A stretch of DNA of 64,000 nt from Eledone cirrhosa (GCA_964016885.1 OZ024747.1:61442001-61506000); one strand, 5' to 3'; shown: positions 1 through 13,533, counted from the stretch's first letter. Numbers and translations: made by a program. Notes: generated by a model not told the origin, from the sequence alone.

Positions 1-393
1 TGTGTGTATATATATATATATACACGAACACACCACACATCTATGACTATATATGTCATATTTAATACATAGAGAAAACATACACTCTCCCTCCTATCTT
101 ACATAATTACTAACCCCTACAACCAATCGGAGACTACTCCACACCCAACCACTTGAACTAAACATATAAATAAACCAAAGAAAGATTCTATCTAACTCAC
201 AATCTGAACAGACACCACCACCACTACTACTACTACCATCACCACCACTACTACTACTACCATCACCACCATCACCACAACACCGCCACTACTACCGCCA
301 CTTTGAAATCATTGCCACCTCTTTTCTTCAGAAAATACACTTCATACTCTCCTCACTTGTATTGAGTGTTCATTCAATTAATGTTTTATCCTT

Positions 394-436
<43 letters not shown>

Positions 437-1651
437 ATAATAATAAATTTGAAGACTAAAATCCAAAGAGGGCTCGATAAGGATAAATATATATCAAATA
501 TATAAGAACCATAGAGCAAATATTTATTAAAATAACAGATTAATATAGTTATGTATAATTTAAAACCCTAAACAGTGAAGGTCAGTAATTTATTACTACC
601 TTATTACCAGTAAGATAAATAGCTCAATGTAATAACATCAGTTGTTCTACAAAGCAGTTATATAGAATTCACAAGAATCAAAGCTATGTTCAAAGCATTT
701 ATTCACTTACAATTGGATGAAACAATTGTAAGTGAATAAATGCTTTGAACATAGTTTTGATTCTTGTGAATTCTCTCTCTCTCTATATATATATATATCA
801 GTTTGTTATTTAATTCAATGAGAATATTTTTGGTGTTCCTCAGGGAAAGGTACAAATAAAGAAAACACAGTGGAAATTATATTGATAGACAGATTATCCC
901 AAAAGGGGTTAAGCTGGTTAACACTTTCCCTACAAACCAGTTAATTATCTTTTCTATACAAACCAACTTATGGCTTTTTATGGAATTCCTCTTTGTAGGT
1001 TTTTATGTGATTTAACAAGATGAAAAAAAAAGGAATGAACGAAACAAATGAACTGCAAAGCTAGTTATTTTAACATTTCATTTGATAAAAAACCTTCTGA
1101 TAACCACATGCTTTGTTCTAACAAACAGGAACACAGTGTTCAGTGTAAACTGAAAACATTTGTAGTTCAAGAAATGTATTAGGACTACTGAAGCATCTTA
1201 ATTATGTGTAAATCTGAAGTATAATCATGTTAGCACCCTTGAAGTGAAGACAGTGGGTGGTGATTCTAAGGTTAATGTAGTGGTGATCATTAGCACAATA
1301 TATTGGTGATTAGTCATTAGGTTAACAACCAGCAGTACATTAACCTAAGCAGCAGAAACTAGAATATTTCTAAATAGTGAAGATAAGAACATTTAAACTA
1401 ATGTTAGATTGAAAACTTTTTTTTTTTTTTTGGTGGGTATTTTCATGACAGTCTCCGTTATTCCCATATACTAAGATACACAAATATGTGTATTTAGTAT
1501 CAGCATGTATAGAGTTTGTTTTAAGAAGTAGATTATTATATACCTAAATACAAATTGGCTGAGAGGCCCTCTCAGACAATTTGTGAATGATCATCATCAA
1601 CATCATTTTATGTCCTGTTTCCCCTCCGATATGGGTTTGATATATTGTCAT

Positions 1652-1772
1652 GTGAAGGCGTGTGGCTGAGTGGTTAGAGAATTGGATTCGCAATCGTGAG
1701 GTTGTGAGTTCAATTCCTGGACCGGGCGATGCGTTATGTCCTTGAGCAAGACATTTTATTTCACGTTGCTCC
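1652..1772 (+). mobile_element. SINE family A, tRNA-derived head
   Basis: A box TGGCTGAGTGG and B box GTTCAATTCC, followed by ccttgagcaagaca (CORE-like segment). Confidence 0.75.
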
Positions 1773-2571
1773 TTCTACCTGGAGTTGCGGCCGATAGATA
1801 GTATTAGCAATTGGAAAGACCAACGGAAACATTGTTTCCTCGGTCCGATTTGATGAAAGTCGATCGTTCCTTTATATTGTCATAATTTGAGACCTGATTG
1901 ATCGGAGAGGTCAATTTTACCAGTTACATTCCATATTTGGCATGATTTCTATAGCTAGATGCTCCTCCTATCACCAACCATTTTACAGGTCACCATCAAG
2001 ACCTCAGGCGTACTCGGACCACATACTGCCAACATGCTCCACAAGATCGAAACATCAGCAGCCCACCTGAGAAAGGAGCCCCACGAAGTGGGATGACTGG
2101 TTTTGTGATTTTATTCATGCCCTGGGCCCAGAGCCCATAGTGTGGTGTGGTTGTGGTACCACAACCACAACACAGACAGCCCTACAGCCTCACCATGTAC
2201 ACACCAGAATGTCTAGCGCAAGCCAAAACACCTCAACCCCCAACACACATCAACCTTTGCTCCTCACTACTACCTCGTCACTATAGTCACCTCCCACCTA
2301 TCATACAAGCCAAAACATTCCTCATAACTAACCCACCAATCAAAATAACATAAACTGACCAACATTTGAACGTTGGACATTTCATATGCCATGTATATTG
2401 ATTCTGTCATTACTACAGCAGAGGTCCGATGAGCTTTTGATTCCAGAGTCAGGCCAGATAGAAACAGATAGAAACAGATTGAACCTTGAGTGGATCAATA
2501 GCGAAATGCACATCACCAACCAATAAACGTAATGAAAACTTAACCAATCATCCTTGTATTATATATATATA

Positions 2572-2759
2572 AGGGCGGTGGATTGGCAGTATTGGTAGAG
2601 GGTCGGACGCCATGCTTTCCAGCATAGTTATGTCCTTTTACGATCTGAGTTCAAATCCCGCCGAGGTTGACTTTGCCTTTCATCCTTATGGGGCCGATAA
2701 AATAAAGTACCAGTAATACACTGGGATAATTGCTGGCCTTGTGCCAAAAGTAGAAACAA
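2572..2759 (+). mobile_element. SINE family B
   Basis: ggcggtggattggcagta...gagttcaaatccc (B box)...ctttgcctttcatccttacggggtcgataaaataaagtacc...gccaaaagtagaaacaa; about 10 copies in the window. Confidence 0.8.
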
Positions 2760-2815
2760 ATATATATATATATATATATAATATAAAACTAGAAGATGGT
2801 TAAAAGAGTTCCATG

Positions 2816-2886
2816 TATTTTATTATGCGCATTTCAAAAACAAATATCATCATGGGATGATATTTGCGTTCTCATCAGATAAAATA
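2816..2886 (-). ncRNA. Minimal type I hammerhead ribozyme
   Basis: The minus strand reads tattttat-CTGATGA-[gaacgcaaatatcatc ccat gatgatatttgttttt]-GAAA-T-gcgc-ATA-ataaaata. It has an 8-bp stem I, a long stem II, a palindromic stem III (ATGCGCAT) and an AUA cleavage triplet. Confidence 0.85.
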
Positions 2887-4387
2887 GGGACATGATATGA
2901 AGCTTAAAAAACACTTGCGAGCAGTGAAGTGTTAAATCAACATATACTTATATTTATACTCCAGTCCTATAAACTGTTGAGTGCTACTTATCCAATATTT
3001 GCATTGCTTTATTGTGCTACAATAAAACTCACCTCCTACACATATATATATATATATATGGGATAACAAATTATGGTTATAGGTAATCCAGTTAGAGGTT
3101 GTGAGTACTCTGTATCGTGGATAGTATTAAAGTATGGCATTGTTTGACTCAACAAGAGGTTTCCATAGTTAGGTAGCGAGTTCGTGGGAATCCAGGTCAT
3201 TCTTGGAGTAATAATAGTGAAAGATTGAAGAATAACATGATGAACAGTACAAAAAAGGATTTTATTTACAGTATTAACAATTGTTTCATTGATTAGGTAT
3301 GTATATTTATAGACAATTTTAACCTGCACAATAGAGAATTGAAGAATTTTCAATTTCATTTCATATAAGAAATTGAAATTTTCATTTTTCTCTTAGGTGT
3401 GGAATATTTCGAAGTATTTACATGTGTTTATAAATGTGTGTATGTATGTATATATTTATATATATGTGTGTAAAGATGTATGTGTGTAATGTATATATAT
3501 ATATATATGTTTGTGTGTTTATAAATGTGTGTATGTATGTATATATTTATATATATGTGTGTAAAGATGTATGTGTGAAATGTATATATATATATATGTT
3601 TGTGTGTTTATAAATGTGTGTATGTATGTATATATTTATATATATGTGTGTAAAGATGTATGTGTGAAATGTATATATATATATATGTTTGTGTGTTTAT
3701 AAATGTGTGTATGTATGTATATATTTATATATATGTGTGTAAAGATGTATGTGTGTAATGTATATATATATATATATGTTTGTGTGTTTATAAATGTGTG
3801 TATGTATGTATATATTTATATATATGTCTGTAAAGATGTATGTGTGAAATGTATATATATATATATATATGTTTGTGTGTTTATAAATGTGTGTATGTAT
3901 GTATATATTTATATATATGTGTGTAAAGACGTATGTGTGAAATGTATATATATATATGTTTGTGTGTTTATAAATGTGTGTATGTATGTATATATATATA
4001 TATATGTTTGTGTGTTTATAAATGTGTGTATGTATGTATATATTTATATATATGTGTGTAAAAATGTATGTGTGAAATGTATATATATATGAAAAAAACA
4101 AATAACGAAACGAAATTAAATTTCGTTTCGTTTGTAACTCACTTTTGTATGACTGACGCTTAAACAATTAAGTTAAAAATGTACATCTACATATGCATAC
4201 TGAAATACTAGTGTGTATATGAATACACACACGTATAGATATGCAGATGTAACAAGTCTTTCACTGGTTGCTTTACTGTGAGCAACCCAGCTATTCTGTA
4301 TGTAAACACACAGACAAACCGGTTTTTAGAGTCATACTGGTTTTCGAGGAAACAACTTCCCTCTATTCTCCAGAAAGCCAGACAAGG

Positions 4388-4432
4388 AATATTGAACTAG
4401 TTTCGTTGTTGTTACAACTCATCAGCAATATT
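4388..4432 (-). ncRNA. Minimal type I hammerhead ribozyme (inverted copy)
   Basis: Reverse complement of the motif at 4717-4761. Confidence 0.85.
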
Positions 4433-4716
4433 TACCTATCTACCTATACGTGTGTGTATTCATATACACACTAGTATTTCAGTATGCATATGTAGATGTA
4501 CATTTTTAACTTAATTGTTTAAGGGTCAGTCATACAAAAGTGAGTTACAAACGAAACGAAATTTAATTTCGTTTCGTTATTTGTTTTTATCGTCTCCGCT
4601 GAACCGGTGCGTACTCACACTCTATGCAAATTAGTCTGCCCACTACTAATTTTCATAGAAAAAGCATATAACGATATGTGCTTTTACAATTCTCCAGAAA
4701 GGCCGGTAGATAGGTA

Positions 4717-4761
4717 AATATTGCTGATGAGTTGTAACAACAACGAAACTAGTTCAATATT
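4717..4761 (+). ncRNA. Minimal type I hammerhead ribozyme
   Basis: aatattg-CTGATGA-gttgt/aaca/acaac-GAAA-C-ta-GTT-caatatt: perfect 7-bp stem I, 5-bp stem II, palindromic ACTAGT stem III and GUU triplet. Confidence 0.85.
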
Positions 4762-5740
4762 CCTTGTCTGGCTTTCTGGAGAATAGAGGGAAGTTGTTTC
4801 CTCGAAAACCAGTATGACTCTAAAAACCGGTTTGTCTGTGTGTTTACATACAGAATAGCTGGGTTGCTCACAGTAAAGCAACCAGTGAAAGACTTGTTAC
4901 ATCTGCATATGTATACGTGTGTGTATTCATATACACACTAGTATTTCAGTATGCATATGTAGATGTACATTTTTAACTTAATTGTTTATATATATATGTT
5001 TGTGTGTTTATAAATGTGTGTATGTATGTATATATTTATATATATGTGTGTAAAGATGTATGTGTGTAATGTATATATATATATGTTTGTGTGTTTATAA
5101 ATGTGTGTATGTATGTATATATTTATATATATGTGTGTAAAGATGTATGTGTGAAATGTATATATATATATATGTTTGTGTGTTTATAAATGTCTGTATG
5201 TATGTATATATTTTTATATATGTGTGTAAAGATGTATGTGTGAAATGTATATATATATATGTTTGTGTGTTTATAAATGTGTGTATGTATGTATATATTT
5301 ATATATATGTGTGTAAAGATGTATGTGTGTAATGTATATATATATATGTTTGTGTGTTTATAAATGTGTGTATGTATATATTTATATATATGTGTGTAAA
5401 GATGTGTGTGTAATGTATATATATATATGTTTGTGTGTTTATAAATGTGTGTATGTATGTATATATTTATATATATGTCTGTAAAGATGTATGTGTGTAA
5501 TGTATATATATATATATATATGTTTGTGTGTTTATAAATGTGTGTATGTATGTATATATTTATATATATGTGTGTAAAGATGTATGTGTGAAATGTATAT
5601 ATATATATGTTTGTGTGTTTATAAATGTGTATATGTATGTATATATATATATATATGTGTGTAAAGATGTATGTGTGAAATGTGTTCATGTAATTTATAC
5701 CTGCATATGTAAAAATGTATGTGTACGTAATTTATATGTA

Positions 5741-6089
5741 TCATCATCATTTCATCATTTCATTTTACATCCGCTTTTTCGCTGCTTGCAAGGGTGGGAC
5801 GGGAACTGATTCTAGCTTGATTTCTACAGCTGGATGCCCTTCCTAGCACTAACCTCATTTACAGTGAGTGTTGGGTGCTTTTTTTTCCGTGGCGCCTACA
5901 CGACCACTTTGCAGTGGAATGATAGGGACCCCACTCCCTATCATCTCATTTCTACAGTTGAGTAAACTGGAGCAATGTGAATAAAGTATCTTGCTCAAGG
6001 AAACAACACATCACCCGGTCTGAGAATTGAACTCACAACCTTTCGATGGCAAGGCCAATGCTCTAACCACTAAGCCATGTGCTTCCATC
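5741..6089 (-). mobile_element. SINE family A, full length
   Basis: tRNA-like head, central aggaagggcatccagc and (GAT)n tail; matches 8183-8524. Confidence 0.85.
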
Positions 6090-6092
6090 ATG

Positions 6093-6194
<102 letters not shown>

Positions 6195-6348
6195 CATATA
6201 TATATACACATACATATACGTGTTTTGCAACCGGTCACTTTGTGGCTCAATGAAAAATTAATAAATTAAACAATCAGAGCTATATATCATAAAACATGGG
6301 AGAGGAAATAGTATATATTTTATCTTGTGATTCTATAGACATGTTTTA

Positions 6349-6385
<37 letters not shown>

Positions 6386-6532
6386 CGTATTTAAGAAAGC
6401 CACAACAATGCAAAGGGAAATCTCGAGGTAGGAAGTGAAATATAGATAGGAAAAACAGGTGAAAGTGAAAATTGAGAGAGACAAAGATGAAAACAAAACA
6501 AAGGTAGAAGGGTTACCGTAGTAGAGATTTAA

Positions 6533-6567
6533 TCCCAATATTTTGGGCTCACGCCCATCAACGGGGG
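6533..6567 (-). ncRNA. Degenerate hammerhead-like motif
   Basis: Minus strand tccc-CCGTTGA-t-gggc/gtga/gccc-AAAA-T-ATT-ggga. The stems are intact and the core carries 3 substitutions. Confidence 0.4.
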
Positions 6568-6822
6568 AAAAGTTCCAAAAGGGGGGAAACAGGCCAAGCG
6601 GAGAAAGTTGTGATGTCGTTAAGACAGGAATGCCGTTATGGGGAGAAAAATATTTAAATATATATATATATAGTTGTACCTACCTCTATTGTTTCCAGGA
6701 AGTTAACATGTATGTGACTGAGCATTCCAGAGACACTTTAACGCAATTCTCAAAAAGAATAAACATGGCGCACATTACAGAACATAAACACAGACGTAAA
6801 CACACACCCGTGTTTGAATGTT

Positions 6823-6861
<39 letters not shown>

Positions 6862-7239
6862 CTGTGTGAATATTTGACAATTGCCACCAACGAATGTGAG
6901 AAAGTTAACCAGGATTTTAAAAAACTCTCCCCTGAAGTTAACAAATGACCTATCAGATCTACATAGAAAAATTATAAAATACCTACTACAAGTGAAGTCG
7001 TTATTTTCTTTTTTCTAATATATATATGTGCAAAAAGTAAATAGAAAACAACAAAGCAAACAATACAGTAGAATGAAGATATATATATATATCATCATCA
7101 TCATCATCATCATCATTTTACGTCTGCTTTTCCCTGCTTGCAAGGGTGGGACATATATATATACAGTATATATTGTTCTGGGTTCAATCCTGCTCTGCTG
7201 CACCTTGGGCAAGTGTCTTCTAATATATATAGCTTTGAG

Positions 7240-7525
7240 TTGACCTGGGGTCCCAGGGCACTTCAGGTTTTGGGGAACCCCATACAAAAAAAACCTCCAC
7301 TTTTACATATCACAGTAAGCTTGCCGCAAGTAATTAGAATTGAAAAATGATACATACTGGTATTAAATTCTAAAATTCTAATCCTCCTAAAACTAAAAAG
7401 CCCAGCTGAGGGCAGAAATAAGTTGCTATGGTCGTCGCTCGTTGAGTCCCCCACAGAAGGGGCCCTGGTGCAATTGCTCCCATTTGTCCGTCCCCCCCCC
7501 CCCCCCCCCATTAAATCCGGCCCTG
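7240..7525. mobile_element. hAT-like MITE (copies at 8727-9003, 46056-46250, 49990-50140)
   Basis: CAGGGCCGGATTTA-type terminus; the internal sequence is shared among copies. Confidence 0.5.
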
Positions 7526-7648
7526 CTTGTGAGTGGAATTTGGTAGATGACAAATTAAACACAGACGTGCTTTTCTCCCTCAAAATTTTGTACCGTTTCT
7601 TCTTCTCACTCTCCTCTGACATTTTTATTTCTTCTATTTCTCATTCTA

Positions 7649-7684
7649 TTTTCTAATGAACGACTAACGTCCAAAACGTTAAGA
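7649..7684 (+). ncRNA. Degenerate hammerhead-like motif (inverted copy at 8567-8602)
   Basis: tttt-CTAATGA-a-cgac/taac/gtcc-AAAA-C-GTT-aaga; same layout as 52911-52947. Confidence 0.5.
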
Positions 7685-8182
7685 CACTTTTCCTACTATA
7701 TCAAAAATTAAACTAATATATATATATATATAATTATATAATAAACAACACAATATAATTATTCCATTACCCAAAGTTTCATGAAGACAGGCGACCCCAA
7801 CAGAGGCGTCCGAAGTTGTTTGTGTTGTTTATTACATAATTAAATAGCTCTGTACTTTACATAGAACACTCTTCTTTCCTTTACCTTTTCCACGGAAATA
7901 CTTTATATATAAAGCATTTCCGTTTCATGTGTGCAAGACTCTGTGTGTGACACCCCCACCCCACATCCCGGTGTTTCTATGTTAAAAAAACACCAGAGAT
8001 ATAAATTCCAATACTACAATTGCTTTGTGCAAATATAAATATTACAGAGAAAAAAACATTGATATGTAATAAACAACACAAACACCTTCGGACACCTCCG
8101 TTGAGGTCGCCTGTCTTCATGAAACTTTGGGTAATGGAATAATTATATTGTGTTGTTTATTATATAATTATATATATATATA

Positions 8183-8524
8183 ATGAGGCACATGGCTTAG
8201 TGGTTAGAGCATTGACCTTGCAATCGAAGGATTGTGAGTTCAATTCTCAGACTGGGTGATGTGTTGTTTCCTTGAGCAAGACACTTTATTTCACATTGCT
8301 CCAGTTTACTCAGCTGTAGAAATGAGATGATAGGGATCCCAGTCCCTATCATTCCACTGCAAAGTGGTCGTAGAGGTGCCACGGCAAAAAAGCACCCAAC
8401 ACTCACTGTAAATGAGGTTGGTGTTAGGAAGGGCATCCAGCTGTAGAAATCAAGCCAGAATCAGTTCCCGTCCCACCCTTGCAAGCAGGGAAAAGCGGAC
8501 ATAAAATGAAATGATGATGATGAT
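8183..8524 (+). mobile_element. SINE family A, full length
   Basis: ggcacatggcttagtggttagagc...gagttcaattctc head and (GAT)n tail. Confidence 0.85.
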
Positions 8525-9494
8525 GAATGATATATTAGTTTAATTTTTTATATAGTAGGAAAAGTGTCTTAACGTTTTGGACGTTAGTCGTTCATTAGAA
8601 AATAGAATGAGAAATAGAAGAAATAAAAATGTCAGAGGAGAGTGAGAAGAAGAAACGGAACAAAATTTTGAGGGAGAAAAGCATGTCTGTGTTTAATTTG
8701 TCATCTACCAAATTCCACTCACAAGCAGGGCTGGATTTAATGGGGGGGGGGGGGGACAAATGAGAGCAATTGCACCAGGGCCCCTTCTGTGGGGGACCCA
8801 ACCAGCGACAACCATAGCAACTTATTTCTGCCCTCAGCTGGGCTTTTTAGTTTTAGGAGGATTAGAATTTTAGAATTTAATACCAGTATGTATCATTTTT
8901 CAATTCTAATTACTTGTATCAAGCTTACTGTGATATGTAAAAATGGAGGGGTTTTTTTGTATGGGGGTCCCCAAAACCTGAAGTGCCCTGGGACCCCAGG
9001 TCAACTCAAAGCTATATATATTAGAAGACACTTGCCCAAGGTGCAGCAGAGCAGGATTGAACCCAGAACAATATGGCTGTGAAACAGACTCCTTAATCAC
9101 TCAGCAATTCAGCAATTCTTGCACCAATATGGGAAAAGAAAGAAAACATTTCATCAACCAACCAACAACAACAACAACAACAACAACCGCAACAACAAAC
9201 AGTTATTTCTAAAGTAGAAATATAAATGTCGAAATAAGTGAACTTTTAAATGATATTTTTCTATCAGAAACCATATTTTTATTTATCGTTTCATGGTATT
9301 GTTAATGTTGTTATTGTTATTATTGTTAATGGTGTTGTGAAAGTCTTTTTGTGGAAAGGAGAAAAATTGTTTTAATCAAATTCTTTGAATTATGCAGAAG
9401 AAATTTGAAATTCCCAAAGAGAGTTTAGTTTGTAAATGAAACTAAGGCACAAAATATCAATTTTACCTCATACTTTTTTCAATATCTAGTTATT

Positions 9495-9532
<38 letters not shown>

Positions 9533-11461
9533 TTGGTGGTGGTGGTAGTAGTAGTAGTAGTAGTGGTAGTGGTAGTGTTGGTGGTGGTGGTAGTAGTAGT
9601 AGTGTTGGTGGTAGTAATAGTAGTAGTACCTCTAGTGGTGATGGTGATGGTGGTGGTAGTAATAGTGGTTTTGGTAGTCGTAGTAGTAATATTAGTTGTA
9701 GTGGTGGTGGTGGTGGTGGCAGTGGTATGGTTATTGTTATTATTATTATATTCAAATGAAATATTTAATTTCAATTCAATCTATCGAGAAATTTTTTTTC
9801 TCTGTAATATTTATATTTGCACAAAGCAATTGTAGTATTGGAATTTATATCTCTGGTGTTTTTTTAACATAGAAACACCGGGATGTGGGGTGGGGGTGTC
9901 ACACACAGAGTCTTGCACACATAAAACTAAGTTAACAACATGAAAGTGCTCTTAAACCTTCCATTATAATTTTACATAAGAAATTTTCTTAAGCCATGTT
10001 TCAAACACCATCTTTACCCTTTCAATATCATATTTGTAATGAAATACAGAACTTAAGTGTTTCAATTAATTTTGAATATAATAAAAAGTTTGAAAGGATT
10101 TAGTAAAAAAGACAATTTTTTTTCCTCATCAAGCTTGGGTTTGAAATATTATTTTTTTTTAATTTTCCTATAAAATTTAAGTTTGAATGCTTTAGACCTT
10201 TACCAGCTCTGGATCTATGAAATAAAACCACCCTTTTTAAAGGGATGCTATTTAACCCTTTAGTTACCAACTTGGCCAAAACCAGCTCTAGTTCTATGAA
10301 ATAAAGTCAGCCATTTTAAAAGTTTCCAATTTAAATTAAAATCTCCCAACATAATTTGATATAAGAACCTTACATTAAGTTACTGTCTTAGTAATGAAAT
10401 AATTAATAACTTTAATTTCTCGAAATTCTTCATTCATTAATTAAAATAGAGTGTATTTCATTAGAAATGCGTTGAAAGGGTTAAAATAGGAAATGTTGTA
10501 AAATAGAACTGGTGGTAGTTTAAGTGAGATGGTATCAAAAGGGCTAATAATGAAAGAGTTAGTTATGCTACTAAATCCTCCCAAATTTTTTATTATTTTC
10601 TAAATTATTTCAAAAACAGAGGCAGCATATCTCATTAGAAATGCTGTAGGCTTTCTCCATTTTTCTAATAATTTCATCATCATCATCATTGTTTAATATC
10701 CATCTTCCACGCTAGCATGGGTTAGACAGGTTTTGTTCCATTTGATGCAGGATTGGTTAGGAGACTGTGTCTCGCTCATACAGAAGTCTTTCTGGCAGGT
10801 TTTCTATGGCTGTAGACTGGGAGCCTTTTTACCGTGTCTCCTACACGACCACTCAATGTTAACAAAGCTTTTCTAAAGCAATGCTGATCAATCATTTGAA
10901 CTCTCTCCATTTCTTTAACTCTTTCTCTCTCTCACACACTCACTTGCTCTCTCTCTCTCTCTCTGTCTGTTTATATATAAATAATTAAGGAGTATTTTCT
11001 AAAGGGAATGAGAAAGAACCGCAGCTGAATAAGGTTCTGAATAAGGTACTCAAGAAACATTAATTTTACTAGCAGAAAAACCACCTTTCGGGTGGTTTTC
11101 TGCTAGCATATGTAGTGTGCATATTGATATTATACGCAAGTATATATGCATGTAGATATGATACACCAAATAAAATCGTAATTGACAATATACACAGAAA
11201 ACTGCGTTCGCTGTCTTAAGTAATCAGTAACGTAATCCATGATACATTAAAAAAAGACGATATTATATATAAACTGCATTAGGAGAAAATTAGTGATGGA
11301 AATATATGAATGTTTATTTAAGCGATCGCTAACCGGAAGTGTTGACATTTGAAAATGTTAAAGAAGTGAATCTTAAAATAAGCAACAATATTATTTATAT
11401 TTAATCAAGCATAACGAAATTTAGTAGATGAATTATGTAATATTCATTCATTATTTATTCA

Positions 11462-11708
11462 AAGGTTAACTTTGCCTTTCATCCTTACGGGGTCGATAAA
11501 ATAAAGTACCAGTAATGAACTGGGTAATTGCTGGCCTTGTGCCTAAAGTAGAAACAATTATTTATTCAAAGTAATAGTTACAGTCCTTTATGATCTGAGT
11601 TCAAATCCCGCCGAGGTTAACTTTACCTTTCATCCTTACGGGGTCGATAAAATAAAGTACCAGTAATGCACTGGGTAATTGCTGGCCTTGTGCCAAAAGT
11701 AGAAACAA
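11462..11708 (+). mobile_element. Two tandem 5'-truncated SINE family B copies
   Basis: Family B 3' half occurs twice, separated and flanked by attatttattcaaag. Confidence 0.75.
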
Positions 11709-12124
11709 TTATTTATTCAAAGTAATCCAACTTATTTTACAAACGAGATAAAAATAATATATTCTGGACGCAGTCCTGCACTCCTTACTTTATTATAGTT
11801 TAGATATTCATGCAAATGAAACAATTCTAGTCCTGTAGAAGTCATCCCTCTACATTTATATATCTTACTAGATACAGGCTATATACTTATATAAATAACC
11901 CGGTGTAATACAATAAACTTTGGAGAAACTTACTAGATACAGGCTATATCCCTGACGATTTCCTGTCCCAGTCTGTTGCTCCAGTCTTCAAAACGCGGAA
12001 CAATTCTCTTGCATTGAATTACCATCCAATCTCACTCACCTCTCATATACATCGAGAGAGTGGTGAGATTACAAATAACTCACTTCCTTGAAAGTCTGCT
12101 GAACTCCAACCAGCTTGGGCTCCA

Positions 12125-12930
12125 TGATTGACAAGGACTGCCTGACACAGCTTCTGCATCACTTTAACCCTTTAGCATTTAAACTGGCCATATCTGGCCA
12201 GAATTCTCTCACCTCTTTCTGTTCAAACCGGCTGTAACCAGCCACTCATACTGATGTTAAGGTTTTGTTCTCAAAATAAATAATGTCAAAATCTCACAGA
12301 TTTTATATTATGTGAGATAATTATGTAAGGTAAAGCCTTAACCACAAAATTACAATAGTAAATATAGAGTAATGTAAATGTTAAAGGGTCAATGACAAAC
12401 TAAAAGCTTTGTAAGATAGCTCCAGCATGAATATTATTTACCTTCATTTCAGCAAGGCCTCTGTCAAAATTGATCATAGCATTCTGTTGAAGAAACTATC
12501 CAACATTGGAGTCTGTGGAAAGCTACTGCAGTGGATTAAATGTTTCCTGACAAACAAATCCCAGCATGTTGTAGTCAAAGGAATATGATTAAGTTCAGCC
12601 AAAGTCAGTAGTGGAGTCCCACAAGGCACTGTGTTCGGCCCACTTCTCTTCAATATTTATATAAATGATATTATAGATCTCATCAAGTACAGCAAAAAAT
12701 AATTTTCGCAAATGATTCCAAGCTCCAGAAGGTCATCAACGGACTGGGGGACCAGATATGACTTCAATCAGATCTACTGGCTGTTATCCAATGGACAGAA
12801 AAGAACAATATGCTACTAAATGAGGATAAATTTGAATTAATCCACTTTGGAAAAGAGAATACATTGAAGTTACTATATTCTCTTCCATCAGGTGAAACCC
12901 TCGTGACATCAAGCAACACCAGAGACCTTG
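12125..12930 (+). pseudogene. Decayed CR1/L2-group LINE reverse transcriptase, interrupted by a MITE
   Basis: Hand translation: DCLTQLLHH [MITE] ...IYLHFSKASVKIDHSILLKKL...GKLLQWIKCFLTN...SSGVPQGTVFGPLLFNIYIND...IFANDSKL...LQSDL..VIQW..KNNMLLNEDKF, with stops. Confidence 0.88.
12164..12392. mobile_element. piggyBac-type MITE
   Basis: TTAA-CCCTTTAGCATTTA...TAAATGTTAAAGGG-TCAA termini. Confidence 0.7.
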
Positions 12931-13091
12931 AATGTTTGATATAGTTGTAAGAGTTGTAATGCTTTGGAAAATAAAATGAGAAATAACAGAAGAATTACAG
13001 GAGAATGAGAAGATTAAGACACATAGAATAATTTAGTGGGGAGAAAAATCAAGTGTGTGTTCAGTCAGCCATATAAAGAAATATATACATG

Positions 13092-13122
<31 letters not shown>

Positions 13123-13300
13123 GTATATATACACACACACACGCACAGCCACATATATATTTGTATATATATCATTATCGTTCATCATCATCATTTAACA
13201 TCCATCTTCCACACTAGCATATATATATATATCCAGAGAACCTTCAACCGTCAAGGTTATTTTTCCGTGGGTATGTCAACATTTATAAAACAAATTTTGT

Positions 13301-13364
13301 ATTTTATCTGATGAAAGCGCACCAAAATTTGCCTTGGTTGCCCTTGAAATATATATAATAAAAT
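13301..13364 (+). ncRNA. Minimal type I hammerhead ribozyme
   Basis: attttat-CTGATGA-[aagcgcaccaa..ttggttgccctt]-GAAA-T-atat-ATA-ataaaat. Confidence 0.82.
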
Positions 13365-13494
13365 AAATATAGTTTTATAAATATAGTTTCCATTTATTAA
13401 TATATTGAATATTTACTCCAGTATCTGTTGAGTGCTTTATATCAGTTATAAAACTTTTAACCTTGTTGAATCCCAACAAATTAAATATAACTTT

Positions 13495-13533
<39 letters not shown>

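Larger units (their letters stand above)
4092..4988 (+). mobile_element. Non-autonomous Penelope-like/retrozyme-like element: inverted 5' copy plus partial tandem of a 467-nt unit
   Basis: 4092-4444 is the reverse complement of the downstream unit. The segment starting tatacgtgtgtg recurs at 4445 and 4912. There is one hammerhead per unit, and the element sits in a (TA)n of a minisatellite. Confidence 0.7.
3421..5685. repeat. ~89-bp TA/TG-rich minisatellite, split by the 4092-4988 insertion
   Basis: The unit tgtgtgtttataaatgtgtg...aaagatgtatgtgtg recurs at 3512, 3601, 3690, 3781 and onward. Confidence 0.92.

Noticed and set aside
1652-1725. tRNA gene
   Set aside because: A and B boxes are present, but the sequence continues into the SINE body and recurs in many diverged copies.
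3036-3359. 107-aa ORF as a Penelope RT fragment
   Set aside because: Only a vague Y-x-Q-x-x-x-G-x-P resemblance and no other RT motifs. It would need an HMM search.
7775-7822. Hammerhead at catgaagacagg...tccgaag
   Set aside because: The core lacks CUGA and GAAA, and stems I and III cannot be built.
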